A DNA stretch of 64,000 nt, taken from assembly GCF_018350175.1 (NCBI RefSeq), contig NC_058368.1, forward strand, positions 224,008,001 to 224,072,000, read 5' to 3'. The notes under the pieces are model-generated. The model saw only the letters and a program-made list of their open reading frames with translations. It was not told the origin of the DNA and made no database searches. Position 1 is the stretch's first letter. Each line of letters starts with the position of its first letter. Shown piece after piece: positions 12,638-23,612 of the stretch. This stretch comes from Felis catus. Lineage: Eukaryota. The position numbers and the translations under genes were made by a program.

Positions 12638-13860
12638 CTGCGCTGACGGTTCAGCTGTTGTATAGGGATTAACCCTATGGCTTGGATAATGGGGAACCAA
12701 AGGGTGGATGATCATGAATAAGCTCTTGTGGGGTCAGGATAGGTGACAAGACATTTGGGTTTATATGTAACAACCTGAGGCAGTCCTTCCTGCCTTCCAA
12801 GTTCTGGCTCATAAGATGCTGACAGCCCCCCTCCCCCGACAATCTGGAAGCTGATATCCTAGGTTGGGTACAAGCCCTAGCAATTTATTCTTCTGGTGAT
12901 ACAGCATATCGAGTGCATAGGAAGAGTGGCCTCTGTAGCAGCTGGATGGGATGAAGTATTACCAAGGATGCAGGACTGCTCTTAAAATATGATTATTTGG
13001 TTAATTCAGTAACAACTTGTCCTGTGTGTTCTAAACAATGTCAAGGCAACTGCCAAATAAGTCTGGGGCCACCCACCAGAATTCTCAACCAGCGAGGAAT
13101 TGGTAAATTGATTATATTGGCCCCTTCCTTCCACATGATGTTTTTAAATATTCTTTGGTTTGTGCAGACACTGCTACTGGCCTAACCCAAGCATTTCCCT
13201 GTCATCACAAACCACGCTGCCACCATTAGGGGATTGGAGAAGTGAGTACCATGTATGGATACACTCATTGAATAGATAGTCATTGGAGGTCACTTTTCAA
13301 AGATCATTATGTGAAAGACTGGGCAAAAGAACACGCTATTGAATGGAGGTTCCATCTCCCCTATAATCCACAAGCAGCAGGGTTAGTAGAAAGAAACAAT
13401 GGAATAATAAAGCAGCAAATTAAATTCCTAATTAGTAAAATCACCTTGGCTGGATGGACACAAGTACTATCCCAGATTTAAATACATTTAAATGGTGTAT
13501 GCCATTTACATCATCTTCCAGACTTGGGACACCTGCTAAAACACTCATAACATGTAACTGTAAAGGTATGGAAGCAGTGGGAAACAGCCATTGCATCAAC
13601 TCTTACGCTGGATCAATGTACTATGATGCTAAAAACACCAAGTCCTGTCACACCTGGGAAAGGCATTCTCTACTGGTATTTGCAATGTGGTGTCCTCTGG
13701 GATGGGTGGATTACTTCATACTCTTGGGTGGAGGGGAACTACTCAATCTCTTTGTGGAGTAGACTCAGTTACCTGAAGGTGAAATTAAGTCACAAGAGCA
13801 TGTAGTTCACGTTTCCAAAGCTCACACCTTTAGCTTCTTGGGAATTCTCTATGATCATTT
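12638..13860 (+). pseudogene. pol: Class III (HERV-S/HERVL18-like) pol RNase H-integrase remnant, a different lineage from the flanking ERV-L
   Basis: CADGSAVV*GLTLWL..LWGQDR*QDIW (RNase H); VNSVTTCPVCSK (Zn finger); W*IDYIGP; IDSHWRSLFKDHYVKDWAKEHAIEWRFHLPYNPQAAGLVERNNGIIKQQI (integrase core, 13272-13420). Confidence 0.85.
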
Positions 13861-13869
13861 AACTGAGAC

Positions 13870-14995
13870 AGAACATTTTTAAAAAATATGGTTACAAGTA
13901 TAAGATGTTTTTGCATTAATGGTGACACAGTTGGACGTGAATCTCGGGACATAATAATAAGAGAGGTAGTGACACTTAGAGAGGTGAAGACAGAGGGGGA
14001 GGCTGATATCTTTTTGCATCACATAAAACATATCTGTCCTCTTTCCCTGGAAGAAAAGACAATCTGAGGTAAAGATTTATGGAAGTTCATGGAGGAAGGT
14101 TAATGGTTTTGTCAATAGTTAGGAATTTTTAACAAAAGCTATTGTGGGATTAGTTAAAAGGACACTTTTAGAAAAAAAATGGCAGCTGTCCAAAGCTGTC
14201 TTTCACACATGAAGCTTTCAAAAACTAGATCAATAAGATAATCTATCCTGTAAAAGTCAGTCTTTTCCGACATCCGTATTGCTTTTGAAATGGATGTGCA
14301 AACAGAATGACCTTGCTGTCATGTGTTCATCAGTATGACTTTCCTATCAGCAATTACTGATCTGGCTACCAGTCCTGTTGAGTGTTCAATATTGCCAACA
14401 GCTGAAGTGAAACTAGCCACTATCATAGTCGCAAGAGCTAATGGAGCCAGATGATTCCATTGGATACCGTCCTTCATGGAAGGTACAATAGGTACTTCTT
14501 GTATTGTATTGTAATTTGATGTTGTCTTCCCTGCTCATGATCTATTTGTTTATAATGTCATTCATTAAGCTACCAAAATGTCATATTCACTACACATTTT
14601 CATGCATAACTTTTAGTATTTCCATTGTGGTGGAGAATGATGGAAATAGATAATTTCCTTGGGATTTGCTGATCTTAGCATACACTGTATCACCTACAAG
14701 TTGGTGAATGAAATAGATATTTTTTGAAACTTTATAAGTAGATCATGTCCTACATGATATGGCACATGTTCTGAACCAGAAAGTAATATATTTCACTGTT
14801 CCTCTGATATCCAGAATATAGGGATGTTCCCCAAAATATTGTATCTAATGAAAGGCATATGTGTATTAACTTTACATTTGCCTATTATGGTCTCTACTGG
14901 ATTATAAATGTTAAGTTCCTTAAAAGAAATAATTCCACAAAAAGAACAGCAAAGCATTTTATTGAATAAGAAGTTCAGACTGACATTTGGGAATC
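13870..14995 (+). mobile_element. Outer ERV-L continued: degenerate RNase H-integrase
   Basis: ttccctggaagaaaagacaatctgaggtaaagatttat resembles WKEKWPEVRIY; ctgatctggctaccagtcctgttgagtgttcaatattgccaacag resembles ADLATATAECPICQQ; gatgattccattggataccgtccttcatggaagg resembles DYIGPLPSWK. Confidence 0.7.
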
Positions 14996-15018
14996 TTTCC
15001 CACTAGAAAAAAAATAAG

Positions 15019-15057
15019 CTATCTATATCTATGTATGTATGTATGTATCTATCTATC

Positions 15058-15104
<47 letters not shown>

Positions 15105-15125
15105 ATCTCTCTATCATTTCTATCT
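15019..15125. repeat. (TCTA)n/(TGTA)n tetranucleotide microsatellite
   Basis: Direct reading. Confidence 0.95.
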
Positions 15126-15129
15126 AGCT

Positions 15130-15453
15130 TTCAGCCTGTTCAAGCTGCTATAGCAAAATACTACAGACTAGGTAGCTTATAAACAACAAAAATGTATTTT
15201 TCACAGTTCTGGAGGTTGGGAATTCCAAGAATAAGTCCAGAGTCTTCTCTCTGGTTCATAGCTGTTGTCTTCTCACTGTATCCTCACATGGTAGAAGGGA
15301 CTAGAAAGCTCTGTAAGTCTCTTTTTTAAGGTACTAACCCCATTCATGAGGGCTCCACCATTATCACTTAGTACCTCCCAATGGTTCCATCACAGAGAGG
15401 CATTAGGATTTCAACATCTGAATTTTGAGAGACACAAACATCGAGGCCATAGC
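15130..15453 (-). mobile_element. MaLR solo LTR (MLT1A/MST-like)
   Basis: gctgctatagcaaaatactacagactaggtagcttataaacaac..ttcacagttctggaggttgggaa..acacaaacatcgaggccatagca. Confidence 0.85.
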
Positions 15454-15800
15454 ACAGTCAGCACATATAGGTATAGATATCAAGTGATTGCCAAAAATGT
15501 GAATTCTGTAAGGTGTATACGAACCTGGGATCCCAGGGTGCTTTGGACACTCACATTCACTGAGAGGTGGAATTGAAAGGATTTGTACTCCACCACTGTG
15601 CAGGTAGGCAAAACTAAACAAAGGTAGGGATGCGTATTACACTCTGAGGTAAGGATGCTGAGATGTTTACTGAAGGTATTATTCCCTTACTTGTATAATG
15701 TATATATTTATACATTTAAACTGATTTCCCCCCTATTTCCTGTATTTTTTGGACCCAATATAAGCATTCTTTTATTTTTTTTAAGAGTTAGTTAAGTCTA

Positions 15801-16018
15801 GGGGCGCCTGGGTGACTCAGTTGGCTAAGTGTCCGACTTCGGCTCAAGTCATGATCTCATGGTTCGTGGGTTCGAGCTCCGTGTCAGTTTCTGTGCTGAC
15901 GCCTTGGAGCCTGGAGCCTTCTTCCAATTCTGTGTCTCCCTCTCTTTCTGCCCCTCCCCTGCTCACGCTGTCTCTGTCTCTCAAAAATAAATAAATGTAA
16001 AAAAACAAACAAACAAAC
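15801..16018 (+). mobile_element. Can-SINE
   Basis: Full head and tail; 17-bp TSD aagagttagttaagtct (15783 and 16019). Confidence 0.97.
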
Positions 16019-16139
16019 AAGAGTTAGTTAAGTCTCATTTAATTAAGAACATTCTAACTTTTGTTCTCATGGCTCCAATGTCATTGCTGCTGTCTTGTGT
16101 CAGTTTAGATGAGTTATATTGGCAAGCTAAGAGATGGGC

Positions 16140-16635
16140 AGTTTGGATAATTCTCCATATAATGGGTTGACCAGCATTGTATACACTCTTTTTCTCTGGG
16201 CAAAATTTAACATGAGATTCCATGACTCTCAAAAGTAGACACCAGAATTGTACTTTTCAAATATTTAGCTGTGTCTCAGGCATGTAATACAAAATACATC
16301 TGACAGGCACTTCTTCATAGAACTTCTATTCACACAAATTACCGCCATGTAGAAAAAAGTCTCTCACTAAGTTTATTTGGATATAAATATGGCAGCAGAG
16401 GTATCATACTCTGTGCCCACCTTGAATGATGAAAGCAGTGGCATCTAGGCTCAGAAGAAGCAGCAAAGATTCATCACTGGAATCGCCCTGTGATGACATT
16501 TAGACAGCATTCCTGACTGAGCCCCTGCCAAACTTGATTCTTTTGGCTTTCCTTGAAAATTTGTAAGTGACTTAGTGCTATTTAATAAATCTCTTTCCCA
16601 ATAAAACTAGTGAGTGTGGGTTTGCTCTATTCCAT
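16140..16635 (+). mobile_element. LTR33-like LTR (probable 3' LTR of the outer ERV-L)
   Basis: 3' end tttaataaatctctttcccaataaaactagtgagtgtgggtttgctctattccattcagaaatc resembles the LTR33 terminus; 5' boundary uncertain. Confidence 0.5.
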
Positions 16636-18250
16636 TCAGAAATCATAATAGTGTTACTCTCTTATTCCATCAAATACGTTACACCACTCCTAAGATCCCC
16701 TTATGGTATTGTACTGTAATTTCCTATCTCTATCTCTGTCCCGCCAGCTAGAATAGAAGTTTCACAAAGGCACTGGATAAATCTAACCTCTTTCAAAAGA
16801 ATTTTCATCTTAGCATGTAAGACAGAAACTGGCACAAATGAGGCTCTGAAAAATATTTATTAAATGAAGTCGATTGATTTCAAAGTTGCTAACTTGTATA
16901 TATACATATTAAATATTCACATACTTGATTTTTAATCGCACCACCATAATGCCATACTATGGTTTCCACTGGAGGTGATTTTTCCACTACACAGCACGAC
17001 ACTAAATAGAAACAGCACACGTCAACGTTTCCGTAAATGTCACATTCAGCAAAATTTATTCTAAAAATTCTACAATTCTTCTAAAAAGAAGAGGCTTCCT
17101 GGAGGAAATGTGGCTTAGGGAAAGACCACTAAAGAATAAATGCAAATTTGTGATAAGAGTACTAAGGAAAACAGAGCAACCCTAATCACTTCGTAGAGAA
17201 ACGTGAATTTCTTAATAAATACATAAGCAGTCTGATACATAAAGGGCGTAACCTTTAAAGAGCAGCTGAAACCACTTGAGGTTTCTGAAGCGTGGGGAAC
17301 AAAAACGAAAAATGCAGCACAAAGATGCTACAGATTCATGCAACAAGCACTTGTAAGACAAAATCTGAGGTCAGTGTGGGCCCAGCAGAAGGAATACAAG
17401 GTGAAAGGATGTGTGAGTGACTGTTTTCTATTGCTACCATTTGCGTTTGGTTGTTTGATGTGCTCTGAATCTACTTGATGTTACTTCATGACGTGAACCA
17501 GTCAAGGACTGGGGAGAATAACGGATGAATCAATGCAAATTTTGTATTATATTGACACCTTCTCCATGTTTACCAATCACATTCAAGGGTCAATATAATT
17601 CTCAACTACTTCTCAATACTGCAAAATGCTATGTAAATTATATGACAAATGAAAAACATATCTTAAAAGTCTTAAATATCCTATAATGGATACAATTTTA
17701 ATTTACTAAAATGACTTTCACTTATGGAGCGCCTCCTATGTGCGAGGTATTGTGTTAGACACACTTTGTATATGATTGGTAAACCCCAAAACAAACACGT
17801 ATATTTACTGTCACCAATAGAAGCTTTTCTCAGACTTGAGGCCATCTCTCACCTATAAATTACTCGGCATCTTCCACTCAAGCATCGGAAACTAAAAAGT
17901 AAGACATACTTGGCAAGCCCCTCCAGAATTTCATTTCAAACTCCAGTAACTCCGGGCTTCTATGGTGTTCTTATATACCCTTTATTCTGAGGCAGCGATA
18001 TTTAAGAATCTGACGGTTTGGAGACAATAAAGAGATATACTCAAATCTAAGTATGACCTAAATTAAAGGCAAGACAGGGTACCTGCATATGCAAAATAAT
18101 TACCAACCCTACACACACATGTCACTGAGATACCATTTCATTCAGTTTGTGTGGAATTTGAATTTATATATTCTGCAATAATACCTCCCTAATCTTAAAT
18201 ATCAACCAGTCCATGAGTTTACAGCTGTGTTCGTTTCCTGGTCGTACATT

Positions 18251-18328
18251 CTGAAATATAAAATGCTATATTTCCTGAAACACAAAATGTAATATTTTCT
18301 GAAAATATAAAATGTTATATTTTCTGAA
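18251..18328. repeat. 24-25 bp minisatellite x3 with palindromic units
   Basis: ctgaaatataaaatgctatatttc / ctgaaacacaaaatgtaatatttt / ctgaaaatataaaatgttatatttt. Confidence 0.85.
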
Positions 18329-18717
18329 CTATTAAACATTTAGATCTTCTGCTTCCATTCACGGACTCAGACTGTTTTAAATCCACATTCCAAACACATC
18401 GTTTCATTAATACTATGAAGTCTACAGCAGAAGAGTAAAATTAGGTTTTTTTCCCCATAAAATTACACCTAGTAGCAGAAACAGCAGTAAAATATAGACT
18501 GTACCTAAGTGTTGTGCAAAACCAGAAAGGAATTTCCCATATAATGCAATGTTAATGAAGGGTTTATTTGAGCATCAGTGAGTTACTGGCTTTGCAATAA
18601 GAAAGACTTTAATTTCAATATCCCTCTACCCTTTATTAGTTATAAGATCAGAAAAATATACTTAATTTCTCAAAATTTCATTGTTCTCATCTGTTAAAAC
18701 TAGCAATTAATCATTTA

Positions 18718-18938
18718 TTATTTAAAAAAAAATAACATTTATTCATTATGGAGAGATAGAGACTGAGCATGAGCAGGGGAGGGGCAGAGAGAGGGGAGAC
18801 ACAGAATCCGAAGCAGGCTCCAGGCTCTGAGCCGTCAGCACAGAGCCTGACGGGGGTGGGGGGCTCAAACCCACAAACTGTGAGATTGTGACCTGACCTG
18901 AAGTCGGACGCCCAACCGACTGAGCCACCCAGGCGCCC
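18718..18938 (-). mobile_element. Can-SINE
   Basis: 16-bp TSD agcaattaatcattta (18702 and 18939). Confidence 0.96.
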
Positions 18939-19154
18939 AGCAATTAATCATTTAAATATTTCGATTTTACCTTATGTTAGTATGTATCCAATATTATATT
19001 ATGCACACACACACATACACTTAAATAATTTTCTTTGCCTCTTTCTCTTATTTATCTTCCTATTATCTATTCCGTTGGCTTGTACTACATGCCAATACCT
19101 TCCATAAATTAAACAATTGCCCTTAACAATTTATCCTACAAATACATAATTCAT

Positions 19155-19343
19155 TTTTTTTAAATGTTTATTTATTCAGGGAGCAGGGGATGGGGTAGAG
19201 AGATAGAGAGAGAGAATTCCAAGCAGCCTCTGCATTGTCAACACAGAGTCCGAGGCAGGGCTTGATCTCATGAACTCTGAGATCACAACCTGACCCGAAA
19301 TCAAGAGTCAGACGCTTAACCAACTGAGCTACCTAGGCGCCCC
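19155..19343 (-). mobile_element. Can-SINE (first of a tandem pair)
   Basis: Head ..ctgagctacctaggcgcccc; flanked by taattcattt. Confidence 0.93.
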
Positions 19344-19352
19344 AATAATTCA

Positions 19353-19561
19353 TTTTTTTAATGTTTATTTTTGAGAGAGAGACACACATGGAGTGCCAGC
19401 AGGGGAGGGGCACAGAGAGAGGAAGATATAGAATCTGAAGTAGGCTCCAGGCTCTTGAGCTGTCAGCACAGAACCCCATAAGGCGCTTGAATTCTCAAAC
19501 CATGAGATCATGACCTGGTTTGAAGTGGGCGGCTTAACCGACTGAGCCACCCAGCCACCCC
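19353..19561 (-). mobile_element. Can-SINE (second of a tandem pair)
   Basis: Head ..actgagccacccagccacccc; flanked by taattcatt. Confidence 0.93.
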
Positions 19562-19659
19562 TAATTCATTCTTAAAATATACCAGGCTTTCTGCTAACTT
19601 TCTGTCAAAATGAATAATTTGCCTCAGATACAGTTTGAAATCCCAGATAGGTGGAAACT

Positions 19660-20215
19660 TAAATATGATTTCACTCACATGTGGAATTTAAGAAACAAAA
19701 CGGATGTACATGGGATGGGGGAGGAAGGGGGCAAAACGTAAAATAGACTCTTAGCTATGGAGAAAAACAGGGTTGCTGGAGGGGAGGGGAGAGATGGGAT
19801 GGGTTAAATGCATAATGGATATTAAGAAGGGTGCTTTTGGGGTGCCTGGGTGGCGCACCCACCCAGTTAAGTGTCGGTTAAGTGTCCGACTTCAGCCAGG
19901 TCACGATCTCGTGGTCCAGGAGTTTGAGCCCCGCGTCAGGCTCTGGGCTGATGGCTCAGAGCCTGGAGCCTGTTTCCGATTCTGTGTCTCCCTCTCTCTC
20001 TGCCCCTCCCCCGTTCATGCTCTGTCTCTCTCTGTCCCAAAAATAAATAAACGTTGAAAAAAATTAAAAAAAAAAAAAGAAGGGTGCTTTTAAGGAGCGC
20101 TGGGTGTTACATGTAAGCAACAAATCACTAAACTCTACTCCTGAAATTAATACTGCATATATATTAACTAACTGGAATTTAAATAAAAACTTAAAAAGAG
20201 AAAAAGAAAAAAAAT
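19660..20215 (+). mobile_element. Carnivore L1 3' UTR fragment, interrupted by a young SINE
   Basis: atatgatttcactcacatgtggaatttaagaaacaaaac..taactaactggaatttaaataaaaac plus A-rich tail. Confidence 0.88.
19839..20076 (+). mobile_element. Young felid SINE subfamily copy with a small templated insertion in the head
   Basis: cagccaggtcacgatctcg..ctgtttccgattctgtgtc..gtcccaaaaataaataaacgttg; perfect 15-bp TSD aagaagggtgctttt. Confidence 0.97.
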
Positions 20216-20501
20216 ATTCTTTTTTGAAAAAGGCAAAACTAAGACCCATGGGAACATGTAAACTATATTAACATAGATCATCATACTTTTTGTATTGAAG
20301 AAAGTAGCTTTTGACCCTGGTTGCATATTAGAATCTCTTGACAAATATTAAAAAAATAATCTGGCCACATTGTCAGAAAGTCTACTTTAATTGGCTGGAA
20401 TGGAAATTAGTGATCCCTATATTTTAAAGCCTAACATTTGTTTCAAACAAACGCTAGGTTTGAGAATTACTAAGGCCATTAATCGTATTTTAATACAATT
20501 C

Positions 20502-20731
20502 TTTTTTTTTTAAGTTTATTTATTTATTTAGAGAGAGAAAGAGAGAGGGAGAGAGACTGCGAGTGCAAGAAGGGGAACGGCAGGGAGAAGGAGAGCAAGA
20601 ATCCCAAGCAGGCTTGCGCTGTCACTACAGAGCTGGACAGGGTCTGGATCCCACAAACCGGGGAGATCATGACCTGAGTCGAAATCACAAGTCAGATAGA
20701 CGCTTAACTGACTGAGCCACCCAGGTTCCCC
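20502..20731 (-). mobile_element. Can-SINE
   Basis: Head and tail; degenerate TSD aatacaattctt/aacacagttctt. Confidence 0.93.
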
Positions 20732-20799
20732 AACACAGTTCTTAATTACTGAAATATTGCTGACATTAAGGCATGTTTGTTGGATTTTGTTCCTGAATT

Positions 20800-21342
20800 T
20801 CTAAGGGGACTTCTAGGTTCTCTGTACCCTGGGATACACACCCCATGTTTTCCCCTCCCCTTGAGGGTGGGCACAACTTGTGAGTCTTAGGGGTTCTTCA
20901 CTCTCTTGACTAGATTATATTATATAAGACTCCAATTTAGGATATTGGATAGAGTGACTTGGAGCAAGTGGGTATTTCTTTCTAGGTTAAAAACCCAAGC
21001 AGTCGTGGTGTGAGAGGGATTTATGACTAGGATTGAAGGTAATTTCTGGATGCTGAGAGCAAACCCTGGCCAGAAGCCCCCAAAACAGCAGGACCTCATT
21101 CCTACAGCCTCCAAGAACTGAAGTCAGCCACCAACTTGAATGAGTTTGGAAGCGGAACCTCAGGTTCAAAGGAAACCGTAGGTCTGACTAACCAATTCGC
21201 TTCTTCCATGTGAGCCCCTGAGCAGAAGCTACTATTAATCTCTGCCTAGGCACCTTCCTCAAGGCAATTCTCAGATAATACATTTGTGCGGTGTAAGCTG
21301 CTAAGTGTGTAGAAACTTGTTAGGGTTTAATAGAAAATTCAT
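20800..21342 (+). mobile_element. MaLR solo LTR (MLT1E-like)
   Basis: cccttgagggtgggcacaacttgtga..cctacagcctccaagaactgaagtcagccaccaacttgaatgagtttggaagc..ttaatagaaaattcat. Confidence 0.8.
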
Positions 21343-22883
21343 GGGTCAACAAATACCTATTTTTTTTATTGTGATGACAAGTGACTTTGCTGTCATCACT
21401 TTTATTCCGACTGAGATCATTATCCTATAAATCCTTTATTTTATTTTTTTGTTCAACTCCTAATCTCCCAGTAGTTATTAGTCAAGACACAGTGATGAAA
21501 GAGAATGTGATGACAGAAGTTATTATGAATAAAATGAGTGGGTAGTTTTCACTTCAATTATAATGAAGACATCCACAGAATGTAGACGTTTCCTAATCTG
21601 CTGTAGATATAAAAGACTTTGAATTGTAAAAGGGGGGAAAAGTGCTTATTAAAAACTTTAGTCATACAAGGACGATTTTCTTCCAAGTAATCTCTACTTG
21701 CACTAGAATATTGCAGTAAGTAAGATGATTACAGGGAAACAAACCCAAGCAAGCATTACTTAGTAACAGGTATCACTAGGACTAGAGCTTTGACATATGA
21801 TGAACATGTTGTATTGAAAAAGCTAGAAATGTGTCTGTTTCCCAATAAATACACTTTGGAAATGTGAATATATGTGTATCTGGCTATTCCATTAAACCTA
21901 AATTTACTGCAGTCTATTATAAATACGCTCTTGACCTTCCAGGATTGTGGATTAATGTGTGTAAGGACTGTGATGAGTCACTTCAGGGTTCTTCTCTAAC
22001 CAATGTATTTTAGAAGCATGAACAATTTTACTGATTTTCCTTATGGCATTGATGCCAGAGATGTTTTATGATTTTTGTAATTTTTCTTCCAAGAGTTTGA
22101 AAATAATAACCCTTGATGGCTTAAAGGTCAGAGAGTCATTGGTTAACAGAATAAACACTTTCACTCACCCCACTTTATCTGTTTCCCCTTTATGATTTGC
22201 TTGCATTATTCCAATATTTCCAAACAGTGTGAACCAAGGCATTAGTAAAGCCCAAGATAACTTAATGAGATCATTTTATACTCTAGCATTGTTCATATCA
22301 CTTACATTTCCTCCCCCTAAAGTAAACAGCATTGTGCTAAATTAGTTTCACTAATGTGCTCATATGAGAACTGTCCTCTGCTCTTTAGTAACGAGTGCAA
22401 TGCAATGCATGATCACTTTAAACACAACCTTTATTCTTTAAGCATGTTTCTTCTGGAATAATTTTATAATTTATAAACTAAAATATCATGCATATAATGT
22501 TTTTTTTCTCGATAATGTCCTTAATATTAGGATTGAAATTATTTAAAGCTATAAGGCAACTTCCTCTTTACCCAGCCTTCTATTTCGTCCAGCCCAGTTT
22601 GCCGATATCCCGCTCTAATGTGAGCTGGCTACTGTGTTCATTAAGGGCAGTGTCTTGGATGGCACAGAGGGGCTTTGCTCAACTGCTTTCTCACACTGAC
22701 TCCACTTATTCCAAACATCGCTCTTTCTTAAGTTACTCTCTCATTTTGCTGGAGCATATTCAGTCCTCATGAAGGGAAAACTGGGATGGACACTGAGGCC
22801 CTTCATGGAAGCAAATTTTTCCTGATGCGCTTATACTCAGTTAATATTCTAGGATACTTGTTCGACATTACAAATACTCTTCA

Positions 22884-23045
22884 GGGGCGCCTGAGTGGCT
22901 CAGTCGGTTGAGGCTCTGACTCTTGGTTTTGGTTCAGGTCATGATCTCATGGTTCGTGGGTTCAAGCCCCGCATCGGGCTCTGCGCTTGGAATTCTGTCT
23001 CCCCTCTCTCTGCCCCTCCCCTGTTCTCTATCCCTCTCTCAAAAA

Positions 23046-23088
<43 letters not shown>

Positions 23089-23105
23089 ACAAACATTTAA
23101 AAAAT
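22884..23105 (+). mobile_element. Can-SINE with a (TAAA)n tail
   Basis: ggggcgcctgagtggctcagtcggttgag head, expanded TAAA tail. Confidence 0.95.
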
Positions 23106-23204
23106 TCTTAAAATATGTGGAGGCATTGTTTTATTGTTTTCTAGTATCTCGTGCTCCTATTGAAAAGTCTGCTACCATTTTTATTATTTCTTTTAAAAAA
23201 CTAT

Positions 23205-23412
23205 TTAGCTTTTAAATGTTTATGTATTTTTGAGAGAGAGACAGAATATAAGTGGGAAGGGGCAGGGAGAGAGGGAGACACAGAATTTTGAAGCAGGCTC
23301 CAGGCTGCCAGCTGTTGGCACAGAGCCTGATGCGGGGCTCAACCTTACGAACTCTGAGATCATGACCCGAGCCAAAGTCGGATGCTTAACCAACTGACCA
23401 CCCCGATGCCCC
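23205..23412 (-). mobile_element. Can-SINE inserted in the tail of the adjacent SINE
   Basis: Complete body directly abutting the next SINE. Confidence 0.9.
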
Positions 23413-23424
23413 TGTTTATTTATT

Positions 23425-23471
<47 letters not shown>

Positions 23472-23612
23472 AGGTGTGAGCTGGGGAGGGGCAGAGAGAG
23501 AGAGGCAGACAGAGAATCCAAAGTAGGCTCCGTGGGGTTCGAACCTATGAGCCATGAGATCATGACCTGAGCTGCAGTCAGATGTGTAATTGACTGGATC
23601 ACCCATGTTCTC
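23413..23612 (-). mobile_element. Can-SINE with a long (GA)n tract and an internal deletion
   Basis: Degenerate TSD accatttttatt/acgatttttact brackets both SINEs. Confidence 0.88.

Noticed and set aside
9570..13805. Possible intact or domesticated retroviral pol gene
   Set aside because: All three pol remnants carry multiple stops, frameshifts and large deletions; no env-like ORF was seen.
15801..15880. tRNA-like A/B boxes at SINE heads
   Set aside because: These are tRNA-derived SINE promoters continuing into (CT)n and poly-A with TSDs, not tRNA genes.
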